Positions 1 through 9,720 of a DNA stretch of 64,000 bases are shown one piece after another. Below the pieces are notes generated by a model. That model was not told where the DNA came from and ran no database searches. It worked only from the letters and a program-made list of their open reading frames with translations. This DNA comes from Ignisphaera sp. Its GTDB lineage: Archaea; Thermoproteota; Thermoprotei_A; Sulfolobales; Ignisphaeraceae. Location: positions 298,224 to 362,223 of the forward strand of contig JAWAHS010000002.1 of the NCBI GenBank assembly GCA_038889075.1. The letters are read 5' to 3'. A program made the position numbers and the translations under genes. Numbering within the stretch: position 1 is the stretch's first letter; each line of letters starts with the position of its first letter.

Positions 1-627
1 GGTGTTAAAAATATTGGTGTCTCCGGATCCATCCTGGTAGATCTATATAGAGAGGACTCTGATATAGACATTGTTGTTTTTGGTGATGCTGATTGTAGGA
101 AGGTCTACAGCTTTCTTAGCGAAGTTATAGATAAACCAGATTCAAGGATCAGGAGATATGATAAGGATAGCATTGCAAATCTCTACTTGAGTAGAGCTAC
201 CGAAACTCCTATTGGATTTGAAGAGCTTGTTGCCCAGGAGAGGAGAAGGGTATTAGAGGGTCTGTATAGGGATAGGGAGTACTTTATTCGACTCATAGAT
301 ACAAGCCATGCTGATGATGTATATGGTGTATATAGGTGTAGAAAGCTCGGCACCTCAACTATGAAGCTTAGAATAGTGGATGCTAAAAGATCCATATATA
401 CACCGTGTAGATATGGTGTAGAGGTTCTAGAAGTTTTGGAAGGCATTGAGATTGATGTTGAGGAGGTGTACAGTCTTAGGGGCAGATTTAATGAAATAGC
501 TTACGAGGGTGAAATTGTTATTGCTAGAGGCACTATTGAGCTACTCGAGTATAGAAATGGGGGTAGAAAATGTAGGCTGTATCTCGGAGATCCAGGAGAC
601 TACATGTATTTAGCTAGAGTGGCTTGA
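1..627 (+). CDS. Predicted nucleotidyltransferase (pol-beta superfamily, COG1665-like), 5'-truncated by window edge
   Basis: Frame 1 is open from base 1 ([28 protein letters not shown]) and continuous with ORF 187..627; GS...DxD NTase motif. Confidence 0.75.
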   Translation, partial: GVKNIGVSGSILVDLYREDSDIDIVVFGDADCRKVYSFLSEVIDKPDSRIRRYDKDSIANLYLSRATETPIGFEELVAQERRRVLEGLYRDREYFIRLIDTSHADDVYGVYRCRKLGTSTMKLRIVDAKRSIYTPCRYGVEVLEVLEGIEIDVEEVYSLRGRFNEIAYEGEIVIARGTIELLEYRNGGRKCRLYLGDPGDYMYLARVA

Positions 628-1351
628 TTTCCTCTATATACTTCTCAATATATAGTTTATTCCTCTCGATACCACCTGGTATATTGGAACTCATCCATAC
701 CTCAGGCTTTATACCTCTTTCCAGCAACTTTTCAATAGTTCTAATTGTCAGTATCTGAACTATAAAGGAGTTAATAATAGTTGAAACCGGAGCTACCCTT
801 GCATCAAGACCGTCGATTTCTATAACAGCATCGCCCTCAGGAACCCTATTATCTATAACAACATCCACGACCTCATACAGCTTCTTACCAAAGGGATTCT
901 CAGGAGGAACCCCTTTCGAGAATCTAAGCGATGTTATTCCAACGGTTTTCAATCCCATCGATCTAGCCTCTAGAGCTAGCTCAACGGGAAGGGCATTCTT
1001 ACCAGAATTGGATACTATTATCAATGCAGATCCGGATTTTATGGGTGTTGAAGCTAAAAGAGCCTTTGCATAACCTGGTAGCCTCTCTAGGAAGGTACTC
1101 TTTAATGCACCATTTAGCGCAGAGAGCGATATATCTATTAGTGGAAATATTCTTACGAGACCGCCAGCTCTATAAAACATTTCAAGAGCGATTAGCATAG
1201 AGTGGCCTGTTCCAAACACATATATGAAGCCACCCCGTGTTATTGCATTACTTAGAACTTCTGCTGCTTTATCTATGTTATTCCTTTCCTCACTTAGCAG
1301 TTCATCTATTATTCTAGAAATCGTTTCCTTAAACACTCTACAGTAATCCAT
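614..1351 (-). CDS. SIS-domain sugar isomerase family protein (UPF0309-like)
   Basis: FGTGHS, FYRAGGL, SNSGKN, VVIDN and WMSSN motifs. Confidence 0.85.
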   Translation of the reverse strand: MDYCRVFKETISRIIDELLSEERNNIDKAAEVLSNAITRGGFIYVFGTGHSMLIALEMFYRAGGLVRIFPLIDISLSALNGALKSTFLERLPGYAKALLASTPIKSGSALIIVSNSGKNALPVELALEARSMGLKTVGITSLRFSKGVPPENPFGKKLYEVVDVVIDNRVPEGDAVIEIDGLDARVAPVSTIINSFIVQILTIRTIEKLLERGIKPEVWMSSNIPGGIERNKLYIEKYIEEIKPL

Positions 1352-1462
1352 AGCTTAGAGCACCTATTGCCATATAGTAATAGTATCTCTACAGATTATT
1401 AAAGACTTTACTAAGCTGTAGTTATATGCTATATATTATTGTGATAGGATGGTTTGCAGTAA

Positions 1463-2560
1463 TTATGGATGATGTTTTTCTAGCCACAGTTTCTTTTTCT
1501 TTATATAGTACAGATAGTTCTGATACGATACATCTGGAGGTACTCTATGGTCTACCGTTGGTATATATCCTCCCTCTTCTAGAAGAGGTGTTAACCGCTC
1601 TAGTTCTCTATCAATAGCCTCAGGTCCAGATATTAAAGCTCTCTTATCTACACCACCCATAAGTAGTACCCTTCTACCAAATCTCTCTCTAAGTTTATAT
1701 GGATCTACATATCGCGCCTCAAGAGGAAACATGCAGTTTACCCCAGCATCAAGCCAACCAGGTACTAGGGCATCTATATTTCCATCGCAATCAACAACAA
1801 CTATATTAACACCGTGTTCATGGAGTATTTCCGTAATCTTCTTGTACCTAGGCACCATATGCTTTTCAAATAGCTTTGGTGAGAGCAGTGGTCCCTTGCT
1901 ATATGCCATGTCCTCCCAGAACCAGGCGAAATCTACTTTGACATCCCTAAGAACTATTCTAAGGATTGTAGTCACTAGGTTAACTATGGTATCCATCATT
2001 TCTTCAATCCAGTCTAGCTCTCTATAGAATGCTATGGATATTTTTTCAACACCCATGAGGTTTCTTAGCCATCCATATAGACTTCCCACAAATACGCCTA
2101 CCGGATAATTCCTATCCCTATACTTTTCAACAATATCGTTCCAGTTTAGAGGAATTCGACCAGGAGTCTCGGGATTAAAGAACGGTTTTAGCCTTTTCCA
2201 ATCATCTCTATTCCTTATTGGATGCCTGATGTACTGTGGTATTGTGGAGGTAGAGACTTTCTTTACAAATATACCTCCAAGACCATCGGCGACCATCTCT
2301 CTATCGTTTTCCTTCTTTAGAGAAATCGAGGGTGGGTTAGGCCATATACCTATAGCAATAGGTAGAAATTCTAGACTTTCTATACCTTCTAAACCAAGGT
2401 ATTGCTCTATATCATTACTAGTTTTTACTTCAATAGGCAGACCCTCTCTATGCCACCTATCAATAGTTTCATTCCAATATCCAAATTCGTAATTAGGTAC
2501 TCTATCAACGCTTCTAAACTCAAATGTTCTTAGAAAACGCTCTCTGTGATTTAAATCCAT
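1463..2560 (-). CDS. Uroporphyrinogen decarboxylase / MtaA-CmuA family cobalamin-dependent methyltransferase
   Basis: RERFL...VDRVP N-terminus, WEDMAY..GPLLSP, DCDGN, GGVD, GGYIPTVDH; 1-bp TAATG overlap with corrinoid gene. Confidence 0.85.
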   Translation of the reverse strand: MDLNHRERFLRTFEFRSVDRVPNYEFGYWNETIDRWHREGLPIEVKTSNDIEQYLGLEGIESLEFLPIAIGIWPNPPSISLKKENDREMVADGLGGIFVKKVSTSTIPQYIRHPIRNRDDWKRLKPFFNPETPGRIPLNWNDIVEKYRDRNYPVGVFVGSLYGWLRNLMGVEKISIAFYRELDWIEEMMDTIVNLVTTILRIVLRDVKVDFAWFWEDMAYSKGPLLSPKLFEKHMVPRYKKITEILHEHGVNIVVVDCDGNIDALVPGWLDAGVNCMFPLEARYVDPYKLRERFGRRVLLMGGVDKRALISGPEAIDRELERLTPLLEEGGYIPTVDHRVPPDVSYQNYLYYIKKKKLWLEKHHP

Positions 2561-3234
2561 TAGAATCCCTCTAGAAGTTTCCTTTCCTCAATCCACTTCT
2601 TACATATCAGAGCACCTTCATATGCATCTACACCACCAGCATCAGCACCAATTTCTTTTGCAAACTCCTTTGTTACGGCAGCTCCGCCTACAATAATCTT
2701 CACCCTATCCCTTAACCCAACTTCCTCTAATGCTTTAATAACCTCTTTCATATTCACAATTGTTGTTGTTAATAGTGCGGACATTCCGACTATATCGGGG
2801 CTGTATCTCTTAACAGCCTCTACAAATTTCTGTGGAGGTACATCAACACCGAGATCAATAACATCAAAACCCATTGATCTTAGGAACATTATAAATAGAT
2901 TCTTACCTATATCATGGAGGTCTCCCTCAACAGTGCCAACAACAGCTCTTCCAATAAAAACATTACTTTCTCTAAATAGAGGGTCTAGCACCTTAAAACA
3001 CTCCTTTACACACTCACCAGCTACTATAAGCTCGGAGAGAAAGTACTCACCTTCCTCATATTTCCTTCCAACAACCTCCATAGCTCTAGCAACAGTGTTA
3101 ACAATGTCTTGAATACCGATACCCAGCTCTACTGCGTTTCTACACAGTATTGAGATGCTATCCAGATCAAGATTGACAATAGCATTCAATACATTGTCTA
3201 AAGCGTTTATCTTAGAACCTAGATCCATATACAT
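2560..3234 (-). CDS. Corrinoid (B12-binding) methyltransferase cognate protein, MtbC/MttC-like
   Basis: Cap domain (MEVVGRKYEEGEYFLSEL) plus GDLHDIGKN (DxHxxG), SALLTTT, VGGAAV. Confidence 0.92.
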   Translation of the reverse strand: MYMDLGSKINALDNVLNAIVNLDLDSISILCRNAVELGIGIQDIVNTVARAMEVVGRKYEEGEYFLSELIVAGECVKECFKVLDPLFRESNVFIGRAVVGTVEGDLHDIGKNLFIMFLRSMGFDVIDLGVDVPPQKFVEAVKRYSPDIVGMSALLTTTIVNMKEVIKALEEVGLRDRVKIIVGGAAVTKEFAKEIGADAGGVDAYEGALICKKWIEERKLLEGF

Positions 3235-3532
3235 AGCCCAATAATGGCTATACAGTAGTAATTTCAGTCAAATATAATATAAGCTTTAATTATAGCTACA
3301 CACCATTTAATGCATTGAAATACATCAATCTTCAGTGATAGACATCTACATCCATCGGTAGTCGTAGCAATGTGTGTTGCATGTAAAATGTATTACCATG
3401 GAGGGACAAGGAGTGGTGTTACCAGATAGTCATTCGATGTTTACGACTTTTAGTACTGTTAACCATAAATACTTTTATTGTTCAATGTTGCATTTACTGT
3501 ATAATAGTTCTATGTTTCGGTGATTTATTGGA

Positions 3533-4735
3533 ATGTATAGAAGGATATGGATATATGTAGCAGCTGGTTTGGCAACAATTCTAGTATCTGGTTGGAGGAT
3601 GAACCTCTCTATTTTCTACCCATATCTCATGAATTACTACGAAATCGATAGCGTAACATCTATAGCACTCTTTGCCACTATATCGAGTGGCATAGCAGTA
3701 TTTTCATCATCTTTTCTAGGGGTGTTATACGATCGGAGAGGATCCTCAATTCCACTGTTTATTGGTGCATCTACACAATTCTTCTCAGCATTGATAATAT
3801 GGTTTATGAGATACCATCCATGGAGTGTAGCGATGTGGCTATGGTATGTAAGTGGTGCAATTGTAGGGCTTGGATTTCCTGCACTCATGGTAAGCATCAA
3901 TCCAACCATTATAAGAATGTTTCCTACAAGACCTGGTATAGCACTCGCTATGGTTCAGAGCAGTAATTATTTAGCTCTTACACTCTGGTCGCCAATAATA
4001 CCGAGAATGGTTAGTCTTACAGATGTCTTTACAGCTACCCTACTGCTATCTATAGCAACTGTTGCGATGATGCTTCTCTGTGCAAAGATCTATAGCAGTT
4101 TGAGCCCTATATATAGACCACAGCAAGGTAGGCAGAGTAGATTAGTCATTCCAAAACTATTTATATTAATACTAATTCCCATCTTCTTTATAGTTATATC
4201 ATCTACACTGCTTCTACAGTTTATAGCACCGATGATCACTGAATTTTGTAGAAATTTTGGTATAGATGTTGAAAAAGCTATGCAGTACTATGTACCGTTG
4301 GTTATGAGTGTTTCAGGAATTCTGCAGAGTATAGGCGCATTTACATGGGGGTTTATATCTAAGCGAATAGGGGTGCTAAGAGCCTTTCCATTACTATACG
4401 CATTGCAAGCAGTAACAGCATTCCTAATAGTAGCGCTGTCTAAATTTAGTTTAGAGGCAGTTATTGTTGCGTTCTGGTTGAGGTTTTTCATATTTGGAGG
4501 AGAGCCGGTTATACATATGGTGTTAATACCTACATTATTTGGACAGGAAAACCTGGGAGGGTTACTAGGGTTACAAACATCTACTGTAATGGCCTCTGCA
4601 ATTCTAGGTCCAGTAATAGGTGGTCTAACAAGAGACCTTACAGGAACCTTCACAAATACAGTACTTCTCTCAGCAGTATTCTCGACGATAGCAACAGCTA
4701 TAGCGCTAGCTATTACAATAGTTAAAAGGCAGTAA
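3533..4735 (+). CDS. MFS transporter (OFA/monocarboxylate-like)
   Basis: About 12 hydrophobic segments; GVLYDRRG motif A; LGPVIGGLTRDLTGTF. Confidence 0.8.
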   Translation: MYRRIWIYVAAGLATILVSGWRMNLSIFYPYLMNYYEIDSVTSIALFATISSGIAVFSSSFLGVLYDRRGSSIPLFIGASTQFFSALIIWFMRYHPWSVAMWLWYVSGAIVGLGFPALMVSINPTIIRMFPTRPGIALAMVQSSNYLALTLWSPIIPRMVSLTDVFTATLLLSIATVAMMLLCAKIYSSLSPIYRPQQGRQSRLVIPKLFILILIPIFFIVISSTLLLQFIAPMITEFCRNFGIDVEKAMQYYVPLVMSVSGILQSIGAFTWGFISKRIGVLRAFPLLYALQAVTAFLIVALSKFSLEAVIVAFWLRFFIFGGEPVIHMVLIPTLFGQENLGGLLGLQTSTVMASAILGPVIGGLTRDLTGTFTNTVLLSAVFSTIATAIALAITIVKRQ

Positions 4736-4845
4736 CGTTAAATCGAATTTTGTCTGCTCTATATATAGATGGAAATTATTATCACTATGATACAAAGAGA
4801 TAAACATTCTACTATAATTGATTGAAATGTAAATCAGAAAATATC

Positions 4846-4903
4846 CGTATCCGACAAATGCCTTCTCATCACATCCTCAGCTCCAGGGGTAGTCTTCATC
4901 TAA
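4846..4903 (-). ncRNA. Candidate C/D-box methylation guide sRNA
   Basis: Minus strand: ATGAAGA-ctacccctggag-CTGA-ggat-GTGATGA-gaaggcatttgt-CGGA, i.e. C, 12-nt guide, D', C', 12-nt guide, variant D; TTTAAA box at ~4928-4933. Confidence 0.6.
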
Positions 4904-4953
4904 TTCAATATACTGTGTCTACGTAGATTTAAATTGTATATCAGTCTATACCC

Positions 4954-4990
4954 GACTTCCTTTTAGCCTTGAAGAGCAGTGCTTTCAGTT
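4954..4990 (-). repeat. Degenerate copy of ~43-bp IS200/IS605-derived hairpin repeat
   Basis: gacttccttttagccttgaagagcagtgctttcagtt resembles the reverse complement of the 57194 copy; contains the stop codon of the phosphoesterase. Confidence 0.5.
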
Positions 4991-5776
4991 ATGACTAGCA
5001 TTTAGAGGTATTTCAATAAACTCTACATCAAGTCTGTTGTCAACACATTTAATAATCCCTATACCAGGTTTTGCTGGTGCATATACCCTATCATCCCATG
5101 AACCAGTGTTGACTACTTTGAGACCGGGTTCTATGGACGGAATGTGACTGTGTCCTATGAAGATCCATGTAGCTCTCTCGGCACCCATTATCCTTCTCAT
5201 AACTAATGCCGTTATAGATTTTCTAAATAATGACACGCTCAATCGGTCGAGAAAATATGCTACTGCACCATCTCTCGATACGTACTCTCCATGGGTGGCA
5301 TAGATATAGCTATTGCAGTCATCAATTAAAATTCTTGCTATACCTGAAACCATGGATATGCTGATACCATTGATAATTAGGTGTAGAGGTTTTTCAAAGT
5401 AGCCATCTATGTCGTGGCTGGCTGTCGATATGATGTATATAATCCTGCTTCTTTCCAGATCGAGTGCCTCCAATGCAATCTTCAAACTCTTTACAATGCT
5501 ATTTAATGGCACTCTCTCATTAAGAAGATCACCTGCGACTATAACTGTACTGTGCTCTATCTTTTTTAAAAGTTTTCCAAGTATTGTATAGTAGGATTTT
5601 CTAGAACCTATATGGACATCCGATACCACTATAACTGGTCCTGACACAGCTATACTATTGACTTTATTTTTAAGTGGTCTAAATAGCCATGGAAAGTTGT
5701 AGAGCAGTATAGTAGCTACAGCTATCATCATTGGCGCAGCTATGAATAGCGTCACCATAGTGTTCAAAACCTTCAC
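4985..5776 (-). CDS. Calcineurin-like metallophosphoesterase with N-terminal membrane anchor
   Basis: SDVH, AGD, THG, GHSH, NTGSW motifs; hydrophobic N-terminus. Confidence 0.8.
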   Translation of the reverse strand: MKVLNTMVTLFIAAPMMIAVATILLYNFPWLFRPLKNKVNSIAVSGPVIVVSDVHIGSRKSYYTILGKLLKKIEHSTVIVAGDLLNERVPLNSIVKSLKIALEALDLERSRIIYIISTASHDIDGYFEKPLHLIINGISISMVSGIARILIDDCNSYIYATHGEYVSRDGAVAYFLDRLSVSLFRKSITALVMRRIMGAERATWIFIGHSHIPSIEPGLKVVNTGSWDDRVYAPAKPGIGIIKCVDNRLDVEFIEIPLNASHN

Positions 5777-5890
5777 CTGGGAATACCATTTAACTATATA
5801 CAGCGTACCAGTTTATAGCTACAACAAGATGCTTTAGCAGAAGCTTTATTATTTTACATCCTCCTCTATATTATATACTGGTAGACGTAT

Positions 5891-6628
5891 GTGTCTGTAA
5901 GAGAGTTTAGAGAGAGTATTAGATATAGGATATGGAATTCAATGGAATCTAAAAATATAGCTCTATTTCCAAGACCTGTATATGGAAGGATTCCAAACTT
6001 TGTTGGTGCTGAGGAGGCAGCTAGGATGTTTATAAACAGTGAAATATTTAAAAAAGCAGGTGCTATAAAGGTTAATCCTGATGCTCCACAGAGACCTGTG
6101 AGAGAAGCTGTTCTAAGAGCTGGTAAAATTCTCGTTATGCCAACTCCAAGAATCAGCAAGGGATTTCTTATTCTTGATCCAAAGAAAATTCCGGGATATC
6201 TATATACAGAGGCCTCGACAATAGCGGGTGCCTTTAGATATGGAACCCCAATCGATCCTGCTGATATACCTGAGATAGATGTTATTGTCGCTGGTTCGGT
6301 TGCCGTAAGCATCTACGGTGAAAGACTTGGCAAGGGTGAAGGGTACTCTGAACTCGAGTACGCTATTTTGAGCGAATATGGAAAAGTATCAGAAGAAACA
6401 CCAATAGTTACAACAGTTCATGATATACAGGTTTTGGATCTCCACATACCTTTAGAGCCATGGGATATCACCGTTGACACTATATATACGCCATCAAAGT
6501 CAATTAGATGTATAGGTTCTAGGCAGAGGCCTAGGGGAATCCTATGGCAATACCTGGATAGAGAAAAAATAGAATCCATACCAATACTTAAAAAACTGCG
6601 GACCATGAAGCACAGTAATAGTCTGTAG
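5891..6628 (+). CDS. 5-formyltetrahydrofolate cyclo-ligase family (MTHFSD-like)
   Basis: GRIPNFVGA, KVNPDAPQ, PTPR, GSVAV...RLGKGEGY, TTVHD.Q. Confidence 0.88.
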   Translation: MSVREFRESIRYRIWNSMESKNIALFPRPVYGRIPNFVGAEEAARMFINSEIFKKAGAIKVNPDAPQRPVREAVLRAGKILVMPTPRISKGFLILDPKKIPGYLYTEASTIAGAFRYGTPIDPADIPEIDVIVAGSVAVSIYGERLGKGEGYSELEYAILSEYGKVSEETPIVTTVHDIQVLDLHIPLEPWDITVDTIYTPSKSIRCIGSRQRPRGILWQYLDREKIESIPILKKLRTMKHSNSL

Positions 6629-6712
6629 AGATATAGCTAGATACCGTTCCCCACCTTCCATAATTATGTGAATTGAACATAGAGGTAGACTAGGTCAAAC
6701 AATGTAATTCAT

Positions 6713-6753
6713 TTATAACTAGAGCCTGTCCTTTGGAATTAGGAGGAGGTCGG
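6713..6753 (+). repeat. Degenerate copy of IS200/IS605-derived hairpin repeat
   Basis: ttataactagagcctgtcctttggaattaggaggaggtcgg aligns to the 57194 copy. Confidence 0.5.
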
Positions 6754-6881
6754 AGCTAAAAGAACTCCAATGTTAGCACTCTACTGTTTCAACATTTCTT
6801 TCGGATTCAAAGATACTCTTCATTACTACTAAAATATTTAGCTGCAATACCAGTAGCTGTATAGGTTTAGTGTGATAGAGT

Positions 6882-7529
6882 ATGGCTATCGAGGAGCTAC
6901 ATGTAGGTGGCAGCATTAGGCTTAAGGGACCATTAAGGTTTCGAGTTATAAGGGTCTCTGGCTACTTTAGTGTAGATGGGTCTGTAGAGGGTGAGGAAAT
7001 GGATGCCTCGGGTGCTGCAAATATAGATGGTAGTATTATTGCAAGATCTATAGATGTCTCGGGTGTTCTTAGGGTTTCGGGTGATGTTCTGGTAGATGAG
7101 CTCTCATCATCGGGAACTGTAAAGGTTGCAAGAACTATACAGGCTAAGAAAGTGAAAATAGCTGGCAGAGTCAAGGCTGAGAAGATTTTTGCTAATGAAG
7201 CCTTTCTAAAGGGTAGCATGGATGTTAAAGAGATTCATGGTGTGAAAATCCATGTAGCTAGAGGTTCTAAGATTCATGGTTCTATAGTTGCGTGTGAGGT
7301 TACTGTTGATAGAGATGCTGAAGTTGAATCTATATACGCTAAGAGGGTGTCTGTAGGAAGGGATGTTGAGGTGGATACTATTGAGGCAGAGGAGGTCTCC
7401 ATTGATAAAGGTGCAGAGATCTCGGTAGTGAGATACATTGTTAAAGCTGATTTTGATAAGAATAGCAAGATAGACAAAATCGAGAAGATCGAGAAGGTAG
7501 CAAAAGACATAACATACTGCAATAAATAG
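6882..7529 (+). CDS. Bactofilin-like polymer-forming cytoskeletal protein (YhbE/YhbF-like beta-helix)
   Basis: About 11 tandem 16-17-aa units of type G-x-x-x-V-x-G-x-V-x-x-x-x-I-x-V-S. Confidence 0.7.
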   Translation: MAIEELHVGGSIRLKGPLRFRVIRVSGYFSVDGSVEGEEMDASGAANIDGSIIARSIDVSGVLRVSGDVLVDELSSSGTVKVARTIQAKKVKIAGRVKAEKIFANEAFLKGSMDVKEIHGVKIHVARGSKIHGSIVACEVTVDRDAEVESIYAKRVSVGRDVEVDTIEAEEVSIDKGAEISVVRYIVKADFDKNSKIDKIEKIEKVAKDITYCNK

Positions 7530-7607
7530 AGATGATAGCTATAATATGATAAGATCAACTTATATATTACATATATCTTGTATAACTGTATAAATCGTCT
7601 ATAGCGG

Positions 7608-9038
7608 ATGGAGGTGGTCCTATTGTTATCAATAGGTGTAGAGGCGCTGGATCAACTACTGCCAAATATAATGGCTTCAAATACACTACTTGTTATTGCA
7701 GGACATCCTGGCTCCGGCAAAACCACTTTGGCTATCAGCACGTGCTATCATAATGCATCTAACAATAATGCTAAATGTCTCTATGTATCACTTCAGGAAA
7801 ATAAGGATAAGCTATACAGAGTGGCAAAGAAGCTTGGAATGAATTTAGAGTATCTAGAATCTGTTGGTAGATTTAGATTTCTAAAGATTCCAATAACTAG
7901 TAATGAAGATATGGTACTAGAGATCATAGACGCAATTAATAGAGCAGTATACGATTTCAGTCCATTGATAATAGTTGTGGATTCTATAACACCCCTCCTA
8001 AGAGCTATAGAGAGTAATATTAAGGCTAGAGCGATACTCCAGAACTATTTTTACGAACTTCCAAGCCAAGTAAATGGCGTTGTTATACTAGTCGCCGAGG
8101 TACCTTTCTATATGGATAGAATTGAACTTGGGGATATAGAGTTCGTCGCCGATGCTGTACTCATACTTAGACACAGGATTGATGGTAATCTCCTTGTTAG
8201 AGAGCTGGAGATAAGAAAGGCAAGAGGCTCCCCTATAACAATAGCAAGACTACCATTTAGTATAGTAGAGGGTAGTGGTATAAGAATATATACACCAGTA
8301 AGATTAGAAGAAGTGCCAGATATAAGGTGGGATAAGAGGTTTAAACAGCCCTGCCAATTATTTCAGAATGTTATAGGGGATTACTATGGTGGTGAAATAA
8401 TATATATAGAGTACCCGCTATATACAAGACCATTAAGGATATTTCTATATGGATTGGCCTTAATTGTAGCAAATAGGGCAAGGACTATAATATTTAGCTA
8501 CAAAACATCGCCTAAACAATTAACTGGATTGGTTCAACATCTCCTAGCTAGATATGGTATTGATATAGATGTGAATAGGCTTTTAGATAAGACTATTGAG
8601 CTGGGCTTTATAAGTCTTGTAAGCCTAAATCCATCTGCATATAGTGTTGAAGAGCTATACTATAGAGAGCTTCTAGAGATAGAGAGATTCAAACCTGATA
8701 TAGCTATGTTTATGGATGTTGATGTAATTAGCTATAGAGATAGAACATACTTTAATTTGCTTAGAAATCAGCTACTCTATCTAAAGAAAATGGGTATACT
8801 TACGGTGAGATTTGGTGTACGTTCTAGAGAACCTGATTATCTATCTCTTATATTAGCAGATAGTATTGTAAGGAATCTAATCCATAGACGTGGGGAGAGT
8901 ATCGAAAGAGATATATACGTAACGAGAGTAGGAAGAGAACCTAGTATAGTAGAACACGAAGAGGCAAATAAATGTATAGAAGAGTGTATCAATATATTGG
9001 GTGGGCTAAAGGATCTACCTAAAGTTTATAGTCCATAG
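7608..9038 (+). CDS. KaiC/RAD55-family ATPase, two domains (C-terminal domain degenerate)
   Basis: Walker A GHPGSGKT, SLQE, Walker B IIVVDS, EFVAD, RKARG; second half lacks a Walker A. Confidence 0.85.
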   Translation: MEVVLLLSIGVEALDQLLPNIMASNTLLVIAGHPGSGKTTLAISTCYHNASNNNAKCLYVSLQENKDKLYRVAKKLGMNLEYLESVGRFRFLKIPITSNEDMVLEIIDAINRAVYDFSPLIIVVDSITPLLRAIESNIKARAILQNYFYELPSQVNGVVILVAEVPFYMDRIELGDIEFVADAVLILRHRIDGNLLVRELEIRKARGSPITIARLPFSIVEGSGIRIYTPVRLEEVPDIRWDKRFKQPCQLFQNVIGDYYGGEIIYIEYPLYTRPLRIFLYGLALIVANRARTIIFSYKTSPKQLTGLVQHLLARYGIDIDVNRLLDKTIELGFISLVSLNPSAYSVEELYYRELLEIERFKPDIAMFMDVDVISYRDRTYFNLLRNQLLYLKKMGILTVRFGVRSREPDYLSLILADSIVRNLIHRRGESIERDIYVTRVGREPSIVEHEEANKCIEECINILGGLKDLPKVYSP

Positions 9039-9090
9039 ACAGAAAGCTTTTAACTATGTATTAAATAAGCAAATGTAGAGTGGTATAGAA

Positions 9091-9447
9091 ATGGGGTATA
9101 TACCTCCGGCTGTTTTAACTGAGCTGAAGCAGCGTATAAGGAGATATATTAGGGCTGTGATCCCCGGCTATCTAGAGATTCTCAATATATATTCTATGAG
9201 AATCTATGGCAAAGATGTACTCGATCTTTTCCTTGAATCCCCAAGCAAGGTCTACGACATTCTTATGCAACACTATAGGGATGCATTTACGGTAGATTTT
9301 GCTATAGTGCGTCTTTTCTTAAGACCCATATCACTAGCCTCTAATAATATATTGTTAGAGGAGCAGCTTCTAGAACTTATTAAAAAGAGACGAGACGGTG
9401 AAGTGCTTAGGATTATAGCAGATAGCCTGACCTCCTCCCAGCCTTAA
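9091..9447 (+). CDS. Small helical hypothetical protein, probable KaiC partner
   Basis: 118-aa ORF with GTGG RBS directly after the KaiC-like ATPase. Confidence 0.6.
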   Translation: MGYIPPAVLTELKQRIRRYIRAVIPGYLEILNIYSMRIYGKDVLDLFLESPSKVYDILMQHYRDAFTVDFAIVRLFLRPISLASNNILLEEQLLELIKKRRDGEVLRIIADSLTSSQP

Positions 9448-9471
9448 ATGTAGACTGCTTTTTAATTGTAA
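9427..9471 (-). repeat. Copy of IS200/IS605-derived hairpin repeat
   Basis: ctgacctcctcccagccttaaatgtagactgctttttaattgtaa; supplies the last codons (LTSSQP*) of ORF 9091..9447. Confidence 0.6.
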
Positions 9472-9499
9472 AGTTATTTGAGTTGATATCGATAGATGT

Positions 9500-9720
9500 A
9501 TCTGTTCTGGTTTTCTCAGCTTGGGCTTCAGCTCTTGTATAGGTTTATACTGGTTGGTTTCATTGCCTCATACTTTTTCCTCTGCATTCTGCTCGGGTTT
9601 TCATTGGGCTTGGGGGCGTTTAGGGCGACCCCGGGCACCCCACATCTTGGGTATCTCGGGGAGAGCTGCTATCTATAGCATCTCAGCGGCTCCCGAACCC
9701 CTCATCCAGCTACCTCCACA
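9500..9720 (-). mobile_element. Internally deleted IS200/IS605 (tnpB) remnant
   Basis: GC-rich island; minus strand 9656..9528 reads RYPRCGVPGVALNAPKPNENPSRMQRKKYEAMKPTSINLYKS*, resembling (from recall) crenarchaeal TnpB C-terminal tails; GGAGG+ATG at 9705. Confidence 0.55.
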
